Assembly: GCA_021792255.1 (NCBI GenBank) | Contig: JAJYUZ010000005.1 | Span: forward strand, 1-64,000 | DNA: 64,000 nt | Reading direction: 5' to 3' | Origin: Thermoplasmata archaeon | Lineage (GTDB): Archaea; Thermoplasmatota; Thermoplasmata; Thermoplasmatales; GCA-001856825 | In this document: positions 28,365 to 38,239 of the stretch, one piece after another | Numbering within the stretch: position 1 is the stretch's first letter | Layout of the letters: every line of letters starts with the position of its first letter | Notes under the pieces: model-generated | The model's input: only the letters and a program-made list of their open reading frames with translations | What the model was told of the DNA's origin: nothing | The model's database searches: none | Program-made: the position numbers and the translations under genes

Positions 28365-28778
28365 TCACAGCGAAATCACTTCGAGACCGATATCCCTTAT
28401 TTCATTCCTCTTTTCTGCAAATTCCATATCGAGAGTCACAAAAGTATTGGCACGGATAACCATACTTGCAGACAAATGTAAAAGATCCAACGTGCGCATC
28501 CTTATCTTGTAAGCAATTTCTTCGGCATTCACGAAGACCGAATCCATGTCAACCTCGGGGACTGCTATGTTTAAGACTTGCAAATATTCCTCATAAGCTT
28601 GAATTTCGTTTTCGCTTAGTTTAGTTGTTCTTGAGAGAACTGATTTTAACTCCAGAACTGCGACTTTAGATGTGACCATATCTTTCATCTTGTCCAGTGC
28701 TTCAGATGCTTTGGAGTGATTTGAATCATTCTCATTCAAAATGGCCAGTATCAAGTTTGTATCAATATAATTGATCAT
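28365..28778 (-). CDS. vapC: PIN-domain toxin (VapC)
   Basis: MINYIDTNLILA, ELKSVL, RTLDLLHLSAS, FVTLD; ATGA coupling to the upstream antitoxin. Confidence 0.88.
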   Translation of the reverse strand: MINYIDTNLILAILNENDSNHSKASEALDKMKDMVTSKVAVLELKSVLSRTTKLSENEIQAYEEYLQVLNIAVPEVDMDSVFVNAEEIAYKIRMRTLDLLHLSASMVIRANTFVTLDMEFAEKRNEIRDIGLEVISL

Positions 28779-29026
28779 TCCCTCTCCTTGATCGAGATTG
28801 TAGAAAGGTCTTTCGGTAATTCGGGAAGCCCGTGTTTTAACCATTTCTTTACGACTTCTTTCCCCTTTTCCTTCCGCTCTACTACTTTTTTAGCGTTTGG
28901 AATGCCATCCCTCATAATGATTCTTACAGCATCTGCTTTGTTTCTTGCCAATTTGTAACGTAGCAGTTTCTCCACAAGGTCGGAAATTTCTTGTTCAACT
29001 CTTATGGTGATTACATCTGCTTTCAT
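28775..29026 (-). CDS. Putative RHH-type antitoxin (VapB)
   Basis: VITIRVEQE...NKADAVR ribbon-helix-helix pattern, 83 aa, coupled to the PIN gene. Confidence 0.78.
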   Translation of the reverse strand: MKADVITIRVEQEISDLVEKLLRYKLARNKADAVRIIMRDGIPNAKKVVERKEKGKEVVKKWLKHGLPELPKDLSTISIKERE

Positions 29027-29137
29027 TTGATTTCTAATGTTTTCACAATATAAATAGCCATCTAAAACAAGGATCTCTGCATATCTCTCTAATTTCTCTG
29101 CATCTTTGGGTCTAGTTAAACTAACATAATCTTAATT

Positions 29138-29566
29138 TTATTTAGTTCCAATCTCTTTTAGTCCAATGCGCTCTATTTCTTTCAGATTATCGAAATCCCG
29201 GTCATCTGTTATAATTTTCTTAATGCGTCTTCCGATGGCAGAAGCAAGGTGTATGGCGTTCCTGGGTTTTATATTGTACTTTTCCCTCATAAGTTGGCTC
29301 CTTCTCATGACATCTTCGTCCATAATGATAAACCGAAGTCCTGGGTAGTTCATGAACTTCCGTCCTGTTTCAATGGCGTCCGTTCTGCCTAATAATTTCT
29401 CAACAACGTGGGATATCTCATCCCAAGTGAGTGTTGAAGTATATGCCTGTATATCCCCTTTTTCAATTGATAAGATTACCTCTCTGGAGAATTCAACCTC
29501 CGGCAGGTCTTGGTAAAGAACCGGATTAAGAAAAATATTGGAATCAACGTAGTAAATTCCTTTCAT
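29138..29566 (-). CDS. vapC: PIN-domain toxin (VapC)
   Basis: YYVDSNIFL, TSTLTWDEI, KPRNAIHLASA, IITDDRDFD; ATG 29566 preferred as start. Confidence 0.88.
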   Translation of the reverse strand: MKGIYYVDSNIFLNPVLYQDLPEVEFSREVILSIEKGDIQAYTSTLTWDEISHVVEKLLGRTDAIETGRKFMNYPGLRFIIMDEDVMRRSQLMREKYNIKPRNAIHLASAIGRRIKKIITDDRDFDNLKEIERIGLKEIGTK

Positions 29567-29798
29567 ATTCTTCATCCAGGATCTTCTTGATATCAACCTT
29601 CTGTTTGAGCTTTTTTGCATAAGTGGATGTGAAGAAATCCGTGTATGACACCGATAGCGGGGCTGACCGGCTAATCACAACTTCACTACCTCTTAGGTCT
29701 ACCAGCACTTCAGAGAACTCCTTAATTCCAAGTTTATCCCTAATATCTTTCGGTATCACGATTTGTCCCTTTGGTCCAATTTTCATTCGCTTTTCCAT
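29544..29798 (-). CDS. vapB: AbrB/MazE-fold antitoxin (VapB)
   Basis: KIGPKGQIVIPKDIRDKLGI signature, overlaps the PIN gene. Confidence 0.9.
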   Translation of the reverse strand: MEKRMKIGPKGQIVIPKDIRDKLGIKEFSEVLVDLRGSEVVISRSAPLSVSYTDFFTSTYAKKLKQKVDIKKILDEEYERNLLR

Positions 29799-30293
29799 TT
29801 TATAGTTATATGTATAACTATTATTTATACTACACTCTCTGGTATTCTAAGATGTTTCCTAGACCCAAAACAATTATCATGGTTTTTCTAAGTTTGAGCG
29901 ATGCGTTTTCGGTTTCGGGATAATCAAGTTGTTTACAATTTAGATTTGCCTACTCCAGGGTATTGCGGAGGTCAGCTCTAGGGTGATGATATCACTACCT
30001 TGCCACAGATTAATGATTAACATCCGTACCATAAGAAGACAAAAATCTACAGGACTACGAAGCAGAATTGAAAAGATAGAAACTTCAAAAGGGATGAAAA
30101 GTGCGATATTGCACTTTATTTTTGAACTGAGATATGTAACGAGGCTGTTCCCAAAACGTTTAAAAGGGAAATGTATGACAATTTTCAGTTTCAAAACAGA
30201 CATTAGCATTTGTAAAGTTTATTTCCCTGTTAAATATTTGGAATTTCCAGTCGTCTGAAAAATGTCATATTATGGAAGACAAATCCATGATGC

Positions 30294-30327
30294 TTAAATA
30301 GTATGGTTCTTCTCCTAAAGTTGGAGG
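30294..30327 (+). promoter_or_regulatory. TATA box and Shine-Dalgarno sequence of the S-layer-like gene
   Basis: TTAAATA at 30294-30300, GGAGG at 30323-30327, ATG at 30337. Confidence 0.55.
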
Positions 30328-30336
30328 TTTTTAATA

Positions 30337-33300
30337 ATGTATAAACCCAACAACAGAAAATTGCTTACGGTATTGATCAGTATAGCAATGGTATTCAGTG
30401 CTTTCGCAATATTAGCTCTAACAACAACGCCAGCAGCCGCTGTAACCCCAACACAATCATTTACTCTAACGCCTAACACTGCTCTTGCATCGTATAGCTC
30501 TAGTCTCTATGTCGCATCTAGCTCCGTGACTTTCCCATCTGGAGCGACCATTTACGCAGAATGGAGTACCACCGGGGCTTGGTCCGGATTACCGCCTCTC
30601 TGGGCTCATCTAGTATCGGGACAAACATCAATTGTGGGACTAGTTGCCCCCCCTTTCAATGAAGCAAGTGGCAGTGGGCCGTGGTACCTTCTGGTATCGT
30701 CAACCCAAGATGGTACTAGCGGAACTTTCGCTTCTGAAGCCATATCGGCGGTCTCTTCAGTCCCAAGTGTTACAACCACGCAGGCGAGCGGATATGTTGG
30801 CAGCACAGTCAACGTCACTGGCTCAAGTTTCCCAGACAATAGCCCTGTAAACGTATACTTCCTGCACAATCCATCGACAGCTACAAATTTCACAGCTGCA
30901 GTTCTTATGACGACAGCGACAGCAAATGCAACTGGAGTACTATCTACGAGTTTCACCGTGCCAACTACGGTATATGGAAATTATGGCGTAATCGTTCTTG
31001 ATACGAACGGAACAACAACCGTATATGGCTACGATTCTGCTCATTCGTGGTACGTACCTTACTCTGTCGAAGCATCAGTGACCGTTAGTTACAGCAGCGG
31101 CAGTTCTATCTACGCCGGACAAAGCTTCAGCGTATCTGGAACAGGATTTGCGGCAGCTGGTACAGTCGCTATAAGCGACAATGATGTCAACGCATCGGGT
31201 ACACTAAAAACAACGCCATCCACAATCACGGTAGGAAGTGACGGAACATTCACCGCGACCGTTTCAACATTGGGAGCCACATTTGCGGCACTATCCGCTT
31301 CAGCACTTGCAACAACTGTTTCCGCAACAGAAACTGGAGTTTCACCTACAGCTACGTCCACTCTTAATGTTACGGGTGGAAGTATAACGGTGTCTCCTGG
31401 AACAATTTCGCCAGGTGGATCCTTCACTTTGACGGGTGTCAATTTCTATCCTGGAGGAAGTATAGCAGCAGATTCAATCACGGTCACTTCAGCAACACTT
31501 ACTAACTCTGCAGTAACTGTCTCTTCTACGGGTACGTTCACCGTCAGTGTCTCTACCCTTAAGTTTACGGGAACCCTAACATCGAACAACAAACAAACGG
31601 TAACTGCGCCTGAAACTCTACCATCTCCAGTGACAATAGGCGGTAGTGGTGTTTACTCTGCAACTGGAAAGGTCAACATCGCGGGACCTCAGATAACAGT
31701 GACATATCCTTCTGGATATTCTCTGACCGCATCTGAGAATGTAACAGTATCTGGAACGAATTTCTTCCCGGGAGCAACCATAAGCGCTAATTCAATAACG
31801 TTTGCGGGAATAGCCGGAACTAACGCAGCATATGCTGTTACGTCCTCTGGCTCGTTCAGCATCCAGTTCACGGTTCCAACGGCTTCAGCACTATCCTCAA
31901 CAGCCCTAGGTGTGCACCACATTGCAGTCACTCAGACTATGCCAGGTGGACTAGCTTACACAAACACCACTTTGTACGTAAATGCAATATACAGTAAACC
32001 AACTGTGAACAATACTGGAATAGAGGTTGCATTATCATCTTCTGCATCAGCCTCAACATCAATCGCTCAACAGAACGTTGGAACGACAATCTACTACTAT
32101 CTCTTCGGATATCCTGCGGCCCAGACGGTCTCACTCTACATGGGCTCAGTGCAGGTAGTCTCCAGCATAGTGACGGACGCTAACGGAGCATTCTCCGGAA
32201 CGTTCGCAATTCCAGCACTACCCGGATCTGTAGCTGGAGTCGCATATGCCGTTCAGACACAATCTGCATTTGGACTGCAAGCACACACTTACTCCACTGT
32301 ATCTGTATCACCTGTGATAACCTTCAGCGCAACCGAGAGCTACTTCACAAACTATGGACTTCTCGCGAGTGGTGATTACTTCAACATTACGGGAACAGGC
32401 TTTGACTCTCTCGCAACGGTTACAATAACCGACGCTGCATCTGTCACGGGAACAGTCGCTTCTTCAGTGACGACCGATGTCTACGGTAGTTTCACTGCTG
32501 AAATGCAGGTTACAAGTACCAGCCTGACTTCAAACATCGTGGATGATGTCACTGCAGCAACCTCAGCAGGGGCAACATACACCATCACCGGCGCGTTCAC
32601 AGAATTGGGCACACCAACCTTGTCGCTGTCAGAATCCATCGCGACAACTGGCGACACAGTAACAGCAACTGTCGGAAATGCAATTGACACATCAATCGCA
32701 CCCGTTTCGTACTCGGTAACTGGTCCAATGGGCGCGACTCTTACAGGCTTGACCCATTCTTCCCCCAGCGGGACAATCAGTGTGACAGATTCCACTAACG
32801 GAACTGCAACCGAGACTCTGGCAGCAAACGTTACTGGTTTCCCAGGTGCGAGTGCAGTATTCCTGCTCTCTATACCAGGAAGCACTGGATACCTGCTGAA
32901 TTCAACAGGCGGTCATAGCGTCAGCGCAACTCTGGGCGGATCATTTACGGTATACGCAATCGGATTTGGATCGGGCAGCTACGTCAACCTCGGTGCAACG
33001 GGATCACTAGCACCTACGGGAGGTAGTTCTTCTTTGACCACACACGGAGGATTCATATTCTCTTCAGTAGGTATACCCCTTTCCTCTGCGGTTGGTACAT
33101 ACCTAATATACGGACAACAGGCTGCCACATCTGGAGGATCTCCCACTTACACCACAAGCCTAACGGGATCGCTGGTAGTTTCTTTCGCCGCAAATCTGAC
33201 ACTTGGCGCTTACAATGGCAACATCGGCAGTACAGTATCTGTAACTCCAAACGGGCTAGTCGCAGATCACTACTATAATCTCTACTTCGGAACAATGCTC

Positions 33301-34467
33301 CTGAGTTCTTCACCGTTCTTGGGATCTGCAGTACCTGGAACGTTCGTAGTTCCACTGGTTCCTGCTGGAACATATAACGTGTCTATAGTGCCTCTGGGAT
33401 CAACTACACCTGCAGCATCGGCCGTCTTCACAGTGACCGTCACGACAGAATTCAGCCTCAGCGTTGACGCCCCTACGGCCTTCCCCGGACAGATAGTGAC
33501 ATTCGCCTGGAAAGTTGCCAACACAGCTCCTAGCACAAGCGTCTTCTTGACTAGCGGGTACTATGGAGCAACGACTGTAACGGTCTATCTAAACGGAACG
33601 GCCTTTGAGACTATACCTGTTTCTCCAAACGTTGCGGTTACCTACACTTGGCTGAATGGTTCATTCCAGATGCCAAACGATAACGTCGGCACATACTGGA
33701 CATTGACGCTCTCATATATGCAGGTACAATACGGCTCTACGAAGACGGTTTCCGCTACGACTGGCACTGGTGCATACATCCAGCTCGTATCTGGAAATGG
33801 CGCACTGCTCACTGGAATAACATCGAACCAGACAGCAACACTCTTGGCAGACATCAACAGCACGTTAAAGACATCAATGAAAGTTCCGCTCTCCGAGCTA
33901 AATGCAACAGTAGTGGCACTTAACAGCACTTCAGCTAAAATAACAACAGCATTCGGTAATATGACAGCAACACTCAAAGCAATCAACGCTTCAGTCAACG
34001 CGATAGTGGCTGGACAGGTCATAGTCACGACAGACCTCGGAACAATAACGACCAGCTTGGCCTCTATGAACGCAACACTTGCGTCTGTAAGTGGAAATTT
34101 AGCTACGGTCGTCACTTCGGTTGGAACAATAACAACGTCTCTCAGCAACATCAACGCAACTGTAGCATCCAACGGACAGAAACTTGTGACCATCACCACG
34201 GACCTAGGAACGCTCTCAGGAACGATCACCAGCGTCTCTGGTAAAGTAGCTACAATCAGCACTCAGCTCGGAACAATGCAGACAAACGTGTCGCAGATAC
34301 AGGGATACACCAGCCAAATAAGCAACAATACAAAGACCATTGGTACCCTTGAGATATTCCTTGTCGTCATCATAGTGCTTGTACTGATAACACTGGTGCT
34401 TGCCTTAATGGCAATAAGCGGAGTGAACAAGGTATCCAAAAAGGTCAATGAAGAGAAGAAGCAGTAA
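30337..34467 (+). CDS. S-layer-like cell-surface glycoprotein (tandem Ig-like domains, repeat stalk, C-terminal TM anchor)
   Basis: Signal peptide, S/T/G/A/V-rich beta-sandwich repeats (G..VTVSGTNF, ..G.F...FTVP), 28-aa stalk repeats, TM helix and basic tail; strong SD and long U-tract terminator. Confidence 0.78.
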   Translation: MYKPNNRKLLTVLISIAMVFSAFAILALTTTPAAAVTPTQSFTLTPNTALASYSSSLYVASSSVTFPSGATIYAEWSTTGAWSGLPPLWAHLVSGQTSIVGLVAPPFNEASGSGPWYLLVSSTQDGTSGTFASEAISAVSSVPSVTTTQASGYVGSTVNVTGSSFPDNSPVNVYFLHNPSTATNFTAAVLMTTATANATGVLSTSFTVPTTVYGNYGVIVLDTNGTTTVYGYDSAHSWYVPYSVEASVTVSYSSGSSIYAGQSFSVSGTGFAAAGTVAISDNDVNASGTLKTTPSTITVGSDGTFTATVSTLGATFAALSASALATTVSATETGVSPTATSTLNVTGGSITVSPGTISPGGSFTLTGVNFYPGGSIAADSITVTSATLTNSAVTVSSTGTFTVSVSTLKFTGTLTSNNKQTVTAPETLPSPVTIGGSGVYSATGKVNIAGPQITVTYPSGYSLTASENVTVSGTNFFPGATISANSITFAGIAGTNAAYAVTSSGSFSIQFTVPTASALSSTALGVHHIAVTQTMPGGLAYTNTTLYVNAIYSKPTVNNTGIEVALSSSASASTSIAQQNVGTTIYYYLFGYPAAQTVSLYMGSVQVVSSIVTDANGAFSGTFAIPALPGSVAGVAYAVQTQSAFGLQAHTYSTVSVSPVITFSATESYFTNYGLLASGDYFNITGTGFDSLATVTITDAASVTGTVASSVTTDVYGSFTAEMQVTSTSLTSNIVDDVTAATSAGATYTITGAFTELGTPTLSLSESIATTGDTVTATVGNAIDTSIAPVSYSVTGPMGATLTGLTHSSPSGTISVTDSTNGTATETLAANVTGFPGASAVFLLSIPGSTGYLLNSTGGHSVSATLGGSFTVYAIGFGSGSYVNLGATGSLAPTGGSSSLTTHGGFIFSSVGIPLSSAVGTYLIYGQQAATSGGSPTYTTSLTGSLVVSFAANLTLGAYNGNIGSTVSVTPNGLVADHYYNLYFGTMLLSSSPFLGSAVPGTFVVPLVPAGTYNVSIVPLGSTTPAASAVFTVTVTTEFSLSVDAPTAFPGQIVTFAWKVANTAPSTSVFLTSGYYGATTVTVYLNGTAFETIPVSPNVAVTYTWLNGSFQMPNDNVGTYWTLTLSYMQVQYGSTKTVSATTGTGAYIQLVSGNGALLTGITSNQTATLLADINSTLKTSMKVPLSELNATVVALNSTSAKITTAFGNMTATLKAINASVNAIVAGQVIVTTDLGTITTSLASMNATLASVSGNLATVVTSVGTITTSLSNINATVASNGQKLVTITTDLGTLSGTITSVSGKVATISTQLGTMQTNVSQIQGYTSQISNNTKTIGTLEIFLVVIIVLVLITLVLALMAISGVNKVSKKVNEEKKQ

Positions 34468-34477
34468 ACTCAACTGA

Positions 34478-34512
34478 TTTTTTCCTTTTTTATTTTTTAT
34501 TCCATTTTTATT
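34478..34512 (+). terminator. U-rich terminator of the S-layer-like gene
   Basis: Four consecutive T5-T7 runs directly after the stop. Confidence 0.6.
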
Positions 34513-34631
34513 GGCTAAATTCATTCTTGGATTGTAAGTTGCGGACATCATCGCGCAAGTTGCTAAATGCATTTCAGTCACAGCTTGGGAACGTGTGAAA
34601 AGTATTATTATTCAAAAAGGAATCGAAGTTT

Positions 34632-35735
34632 GTGCGAAAGATACTGTTACTTCTGATCGTTATACTGACTCTCATCTCTCCTGCTATCCCATTAACCAAC
34701 GGAACATCTCCCCAGAACTACTCGGTCACATTCAGCGAAACGGGGCTTCCCCAGAACTTGAGCTGGTACGTCCTTGTGAACGGGGTGGGAACAACTGCGG
34801 ACAGTCCAAACATAACGTTCTCCGAGCCAAATGGAACTTATCCGTATTTGGTCGGAGATTCTCATGGCTTTCCCGTGACACCACAGCAGGGTAACTTTGT
34901 GGTCAATGGCACAGGTATCCATATCAGCGTTCAATTCGCAGTTCCGTATTACAACGTCACATTCGAAGAGACAGGTCTTCCGAGAGGGTTCAATTGGCAG
35001 ATAGATTTTGCGGGAAAGACCGTACAGATGAACAACAGCAGTTACGAATTCAGAGAGTACAACGGCTCTCATCCCTTCACCATTGCCTCAGGCAACAGTA
35101 AGTACAGGCCGGTACCTTCATCAGGCGTAATAGTCGTTTCCGGTTCTAATCTCACGGAATCGATCGTATTCAAGAAGGTCGAATACACCGTCACCTTTGA
35201 GGAGCAGGGGCTCGCAACGGGGACTACCTGGAATGTGAACGTTTCCGGACAGAACAAGAGCTCCAACGGAACTGTCATAGATTTCAATCTGACGAACGGG
35301 TCATATCGTTATTCCGTCTCTATGATTCAAGGGTACAGCCTTAGTGGTGGCCTTCGCAACTTTACGATTAACGGGACGAATCTGACCTTTAATATTTCAT
35401 TCTCTCCTCCTCTGCCTTACACCTTCATAGTCACCGGTCTGGGAACGGGGGCAACCTGGTATCTTGAAATAGGTGGCTCCAAATACACTTCGAACGGGTC
35501 GTTTATCACCGTGTACCTCTTTCCAGCCAATTACAGCTACAGGGTTGTGCTTCCTTACGGTTATTCTGCAAGCAATACCGTCGGTACGATAGGCAGTTCC
35601 AATGACGTGGTTTTCATAAGTGCGACAAACGTTCTCATGGAATACGTTGTTGTCATTGCTCTGGTGGTAGTCATTGACCTGATCCTGGCATTCTTTCTGT
35701 TAAGACGGAGATCAAGGAAGATCCAGAAACAGTGA
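34632..35735 (+). CDS. Membrane-anchored thermopsin-repeat surface protein
   Basis: Signal peptide, 4 repeats of the VTF.E.GL...W type, C-terminal TM and RRRSRK. Confidence 0.8.
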   Translation: MRKILLLLIVILTLISPAIPLTNGTSPQNYSVTFSETGLPQNLSWYVLVNGVGTTADSPNITFSEPNGTYPYLVGDSHGFPVTPQQGNFVVNGTGIHISVQFAVPYYNVTFEETGLPRGFNWQIDFAGKTVQMNNSSYEFREYNGSHPFTIASGNSKYRPVPSSGVIVVSGSNLTESIVFKKVEYTVTFEEQGLATGTTWNVNVSGQNKSSNGTVIDFNLTNGSYRYSVSMIQGYSLSGGLRNFTINGTNLTFNISFSPPLPYTFIVTGLGTGATWYLEIGGSKYTSNGSFITVYLFPANYSYRVVLPYGYSASNTVGTIGSSNDVVFISATNVLMEYVVVIALVVVIDLILAFFLLRRRSRKIQKQ

Positions 35736-35986
35736 GCAGATGTCTTCGGAATCTGCAGACAGAAGGGGTGAAACCAATATTATTAAGGAGGGGGTGTACG
35801 ATTGATTTTTAGGAGGTCTAAAAGTTGAACATTTTACTTACATTATTAGGAACGGTCTTCCTGTTTAGAGGACAAGACCAAGCTGATCAGAACCAACTCA
35901 GCTCTCAGGGCACGGATCTATCAAAATGATAATCAGGAGAACATGAGCACAGTATTCAATTCAACCCAATTCTGTCACAGATTTAT

Positions 35987-37900
35987 TCAACCCTGAATGT
36001 TCACCAGCTTGATCTCAAGTGAAACCACACTTATTCCTACCGTCAGGGGCTGTCCGTTTGTAGTCAATTCAAGCGCTGGTCGATACTCTACGAAGTACGA
36101 AGGAAACTGCTGATAAACGGTATAGTCCACATAGTTGCCGCTTACCTGAAGATCAGAGATACGAGTGGGAGAAGAGGAAATGACAGTACCATTCCCCACC
36201 GAAGTTGTCTCGTATATATCAGCGGATGTCAGCACAGATTTGGATCCATTTACCATTAACACGTAAGTCATCTGGTATTCTCCAGGGGGGAGATAGTCGG
36301 AGTTTCCGCTGAAAACCGTTTGATTATAGCTTGTTCCCGGAGCCAAGTTAGTATTAATGGAATAGTTCATGATAAGCGGCACGAAAAGAATTGGGCTGGA
36401 GTGATAGTGAAGCTTGAATATGGTCACGCTGGATATTGACTCATAGATGCCGTAAGACGAGTTGTTCAGGAAATGCTGGGCCCAGAACGGGCTGAATCCC
36501 ACGTAATCGGGAAGGGGTACCGTGGCAACGGGTAGTGAACTGACGACGGCATAATCCACCGTTTGATTGTCGTACGTACCGGGCATATAGAAGTACAACC
36601 GGTTGGTGAGCTGAGGGAAAGCCTTCTGGGCAAAGACGGAAGCATTCTGAGGTATATCGGAGAATGCGACGCTCAGGTATTTGTCTTCCTGAGAAACATT
36701 CAGCTCGGAATGAAGGGTACCGTTCTGGATGTTTGTGACGCTAAAAGGTGAATACAGCAGGAAAGAGAGAAACATGGCTACGATCAGCACTATCATCAGT
36801 TTTCTAAGATCGTTCTTCTGCCATTTTAACCTCGATATATTGTAGGATAGTCCCAGAAAAAGGAAGGCAGAGAACAAGAACGTATAGTGGCTAAGGATAT
36901 CGTAGTACGGTGGAAAGTTGCCGTAGAAGATGACAAGGAAGAACGGCAGGATAAACAGGGAATAAGGGCTCAGCAGGGGAATGAAGAGGAAGCCGGACAA
37001 GACGCCATAGAGATAGTTGAGTTTCAGGCCCACGTTACCGGTGAAGCTACCGATAACCGAACCTAGGAGAGTTTCTGTTGCAGCGCTAGGCTGAACCGAT
37101 CCGGTCCTATGTAGATAAAACGAAAAGAGATAGGAAAGCGGGTATGTAACTGTTACCAAAACCACTATGATCATTAATCCGGCAAACAAAACCAGCAGGC
37201 TGTTTCTGTAGGAACGTACAATTTTATCCAGTGTTCCGTCCCTCTTTCTGGTAATTCTCGCAAGGAATCTGTACGAATAACCTTCATTCCTATAGTCCTC
37301 TATCAAAAAGAAGATGGCCACGATAAACGGCGAGACAAATGATGTGAGTGCCCCTAAGAGGCCAATTACGACGGATGTCAAATAGTTCCTTCTTCTGAAG
37401 AAGTAGTAACTCATCAGAACAAAAGTGGGCAGCAGGATCTCGAACTCTGGGCCATTCGTGATCATGCCATAATTGGAAGGAAACAAGAGATAGACGAGCT
37501 GAAGAGTGAATGCCCATGACAGAGATTCGGTCTCTTCTCTAACGATCTTGAACAGAAAATACGATCCTATCGAGATCCACAGAGCTTCAAACACTACAAA
37601 TGAGACCGGTGAATTGTAAATGAACACCAAAGGGGCCAGCAGTGTGTATATCAGGTCTCCATTGGAATTTGGATTTATGGTCTGACCTGGCAAACCCGCT
37701 AAAACGTGAGTTTGAAAAAATGTATAGAGTAAGTGGTAGTTGTAGCCCAGATCTACAACATAGAAATTGTACCCGTTGTAGAAGTTAACGAAGAACCAGG
37801 CAAATAGGATTGAAAATACGATTGTAACAATCGCGGATATCAAATCAAACGCATCTAACTTTCTGGGGAATTTGTTCCTCGAAAGGATGCAAGTACTCAT
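35987..37900 (-). CDS. DUF2079-like membrane protein (predicted GT-C glycosyltransferase)
   Basis: Polytopic N-terminal part with DLG, LLAPL, FLFIPLLSP and HY; IPQNASVFAQ...PQLTNR; C-terminal extracellular domain with YLPPGEY. Confidence 0.75.
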   Translation of the reverse strand: MSTCILSRNKFPRKLDAFDLISAIVTIVFSILFAWFFVNFYNGYNFYVVDLGYNYHLLYTFFQTHVLAGLPGQTINPNSNGDLIYTLLAPLVFIYNSPVSFVVFEALWISIGSYFLFKIVREETESLSWAFTLQLVYLLFPSNYGMITNGPEFEILLPTFVLMSYYFFRRRNYLTSVVIGLLGALTSFVSPFIVAIFFLIEDYRNEGYSYRFLARITRKRDGTLDKIVRSYRNSLLVLFAGLMIIVVLVTVTYPLSYLFSFYLHRTGSVQPSAATETLLGSVIGSFTGNVGLKLNYLYGVLSGFLFIPLLSPYSLFILPFFLVIFYGNFPPYYDILSHYTFLFSAFLFLGLSYNISRLKWQKNDLRKLMIVLIVAMFLSFLLYSPFSVTNIQNGTLHSELNVSQEDKYLSVAFSDIPQNASVFAQKAFPQLTNRLYFYMPGTYDNQTVDYAVVSSLPVATVPLPDYVGFSPFWAQHFLNNSSYGIYESISSVTIFKLHYHSSPILFVPLIMNYSINTNLAPGTSYNQTVFSGNSDYLPPGEYQMTYVLMVNGSKSVLTSADIYETTSVGNGTVISSSPTRISDLQVSGNYVDYTVYQQFPSYFVEYRPALELTTNGQPLTVGISVVSLEIKLVNIQG

Positions 37901-38239
37901 ATTAGTTCCACTTAACTACTTGACCTTAATTAGTTTTCTCAGGAAATAGAACAAATTGGGAAAAGTTGACAAAATCTTGAATTTGAAAACGTTTTCACTT
38001 TAGCCTTGAAATCGGTGTCTGAAAAATTTATGATACTAGCAATAAGATAACAATTTATCTATGGTCTTTAATGACCGCTTTGATTCTTCCGTAGATAGAA
38101 TGAAGCACAATTCGCTGTATATTTCATCAAAGTAATCTCATTTCCCTCTATTCTATCGAATCTGTTTGAGCATAGCGCCCAAATTTTGAACAAAAAGTAA
38201 GATTCAAAGAACAAAGAAAGGATGACTTCAAGAGTACTT

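Noticed and set aside
29940-30258. Two overlapping ORFs of about 90 aa before the S-layer-like gene
   Set aside because: No motifs, mutually overlapping, and in an AT-rich regulatory region.
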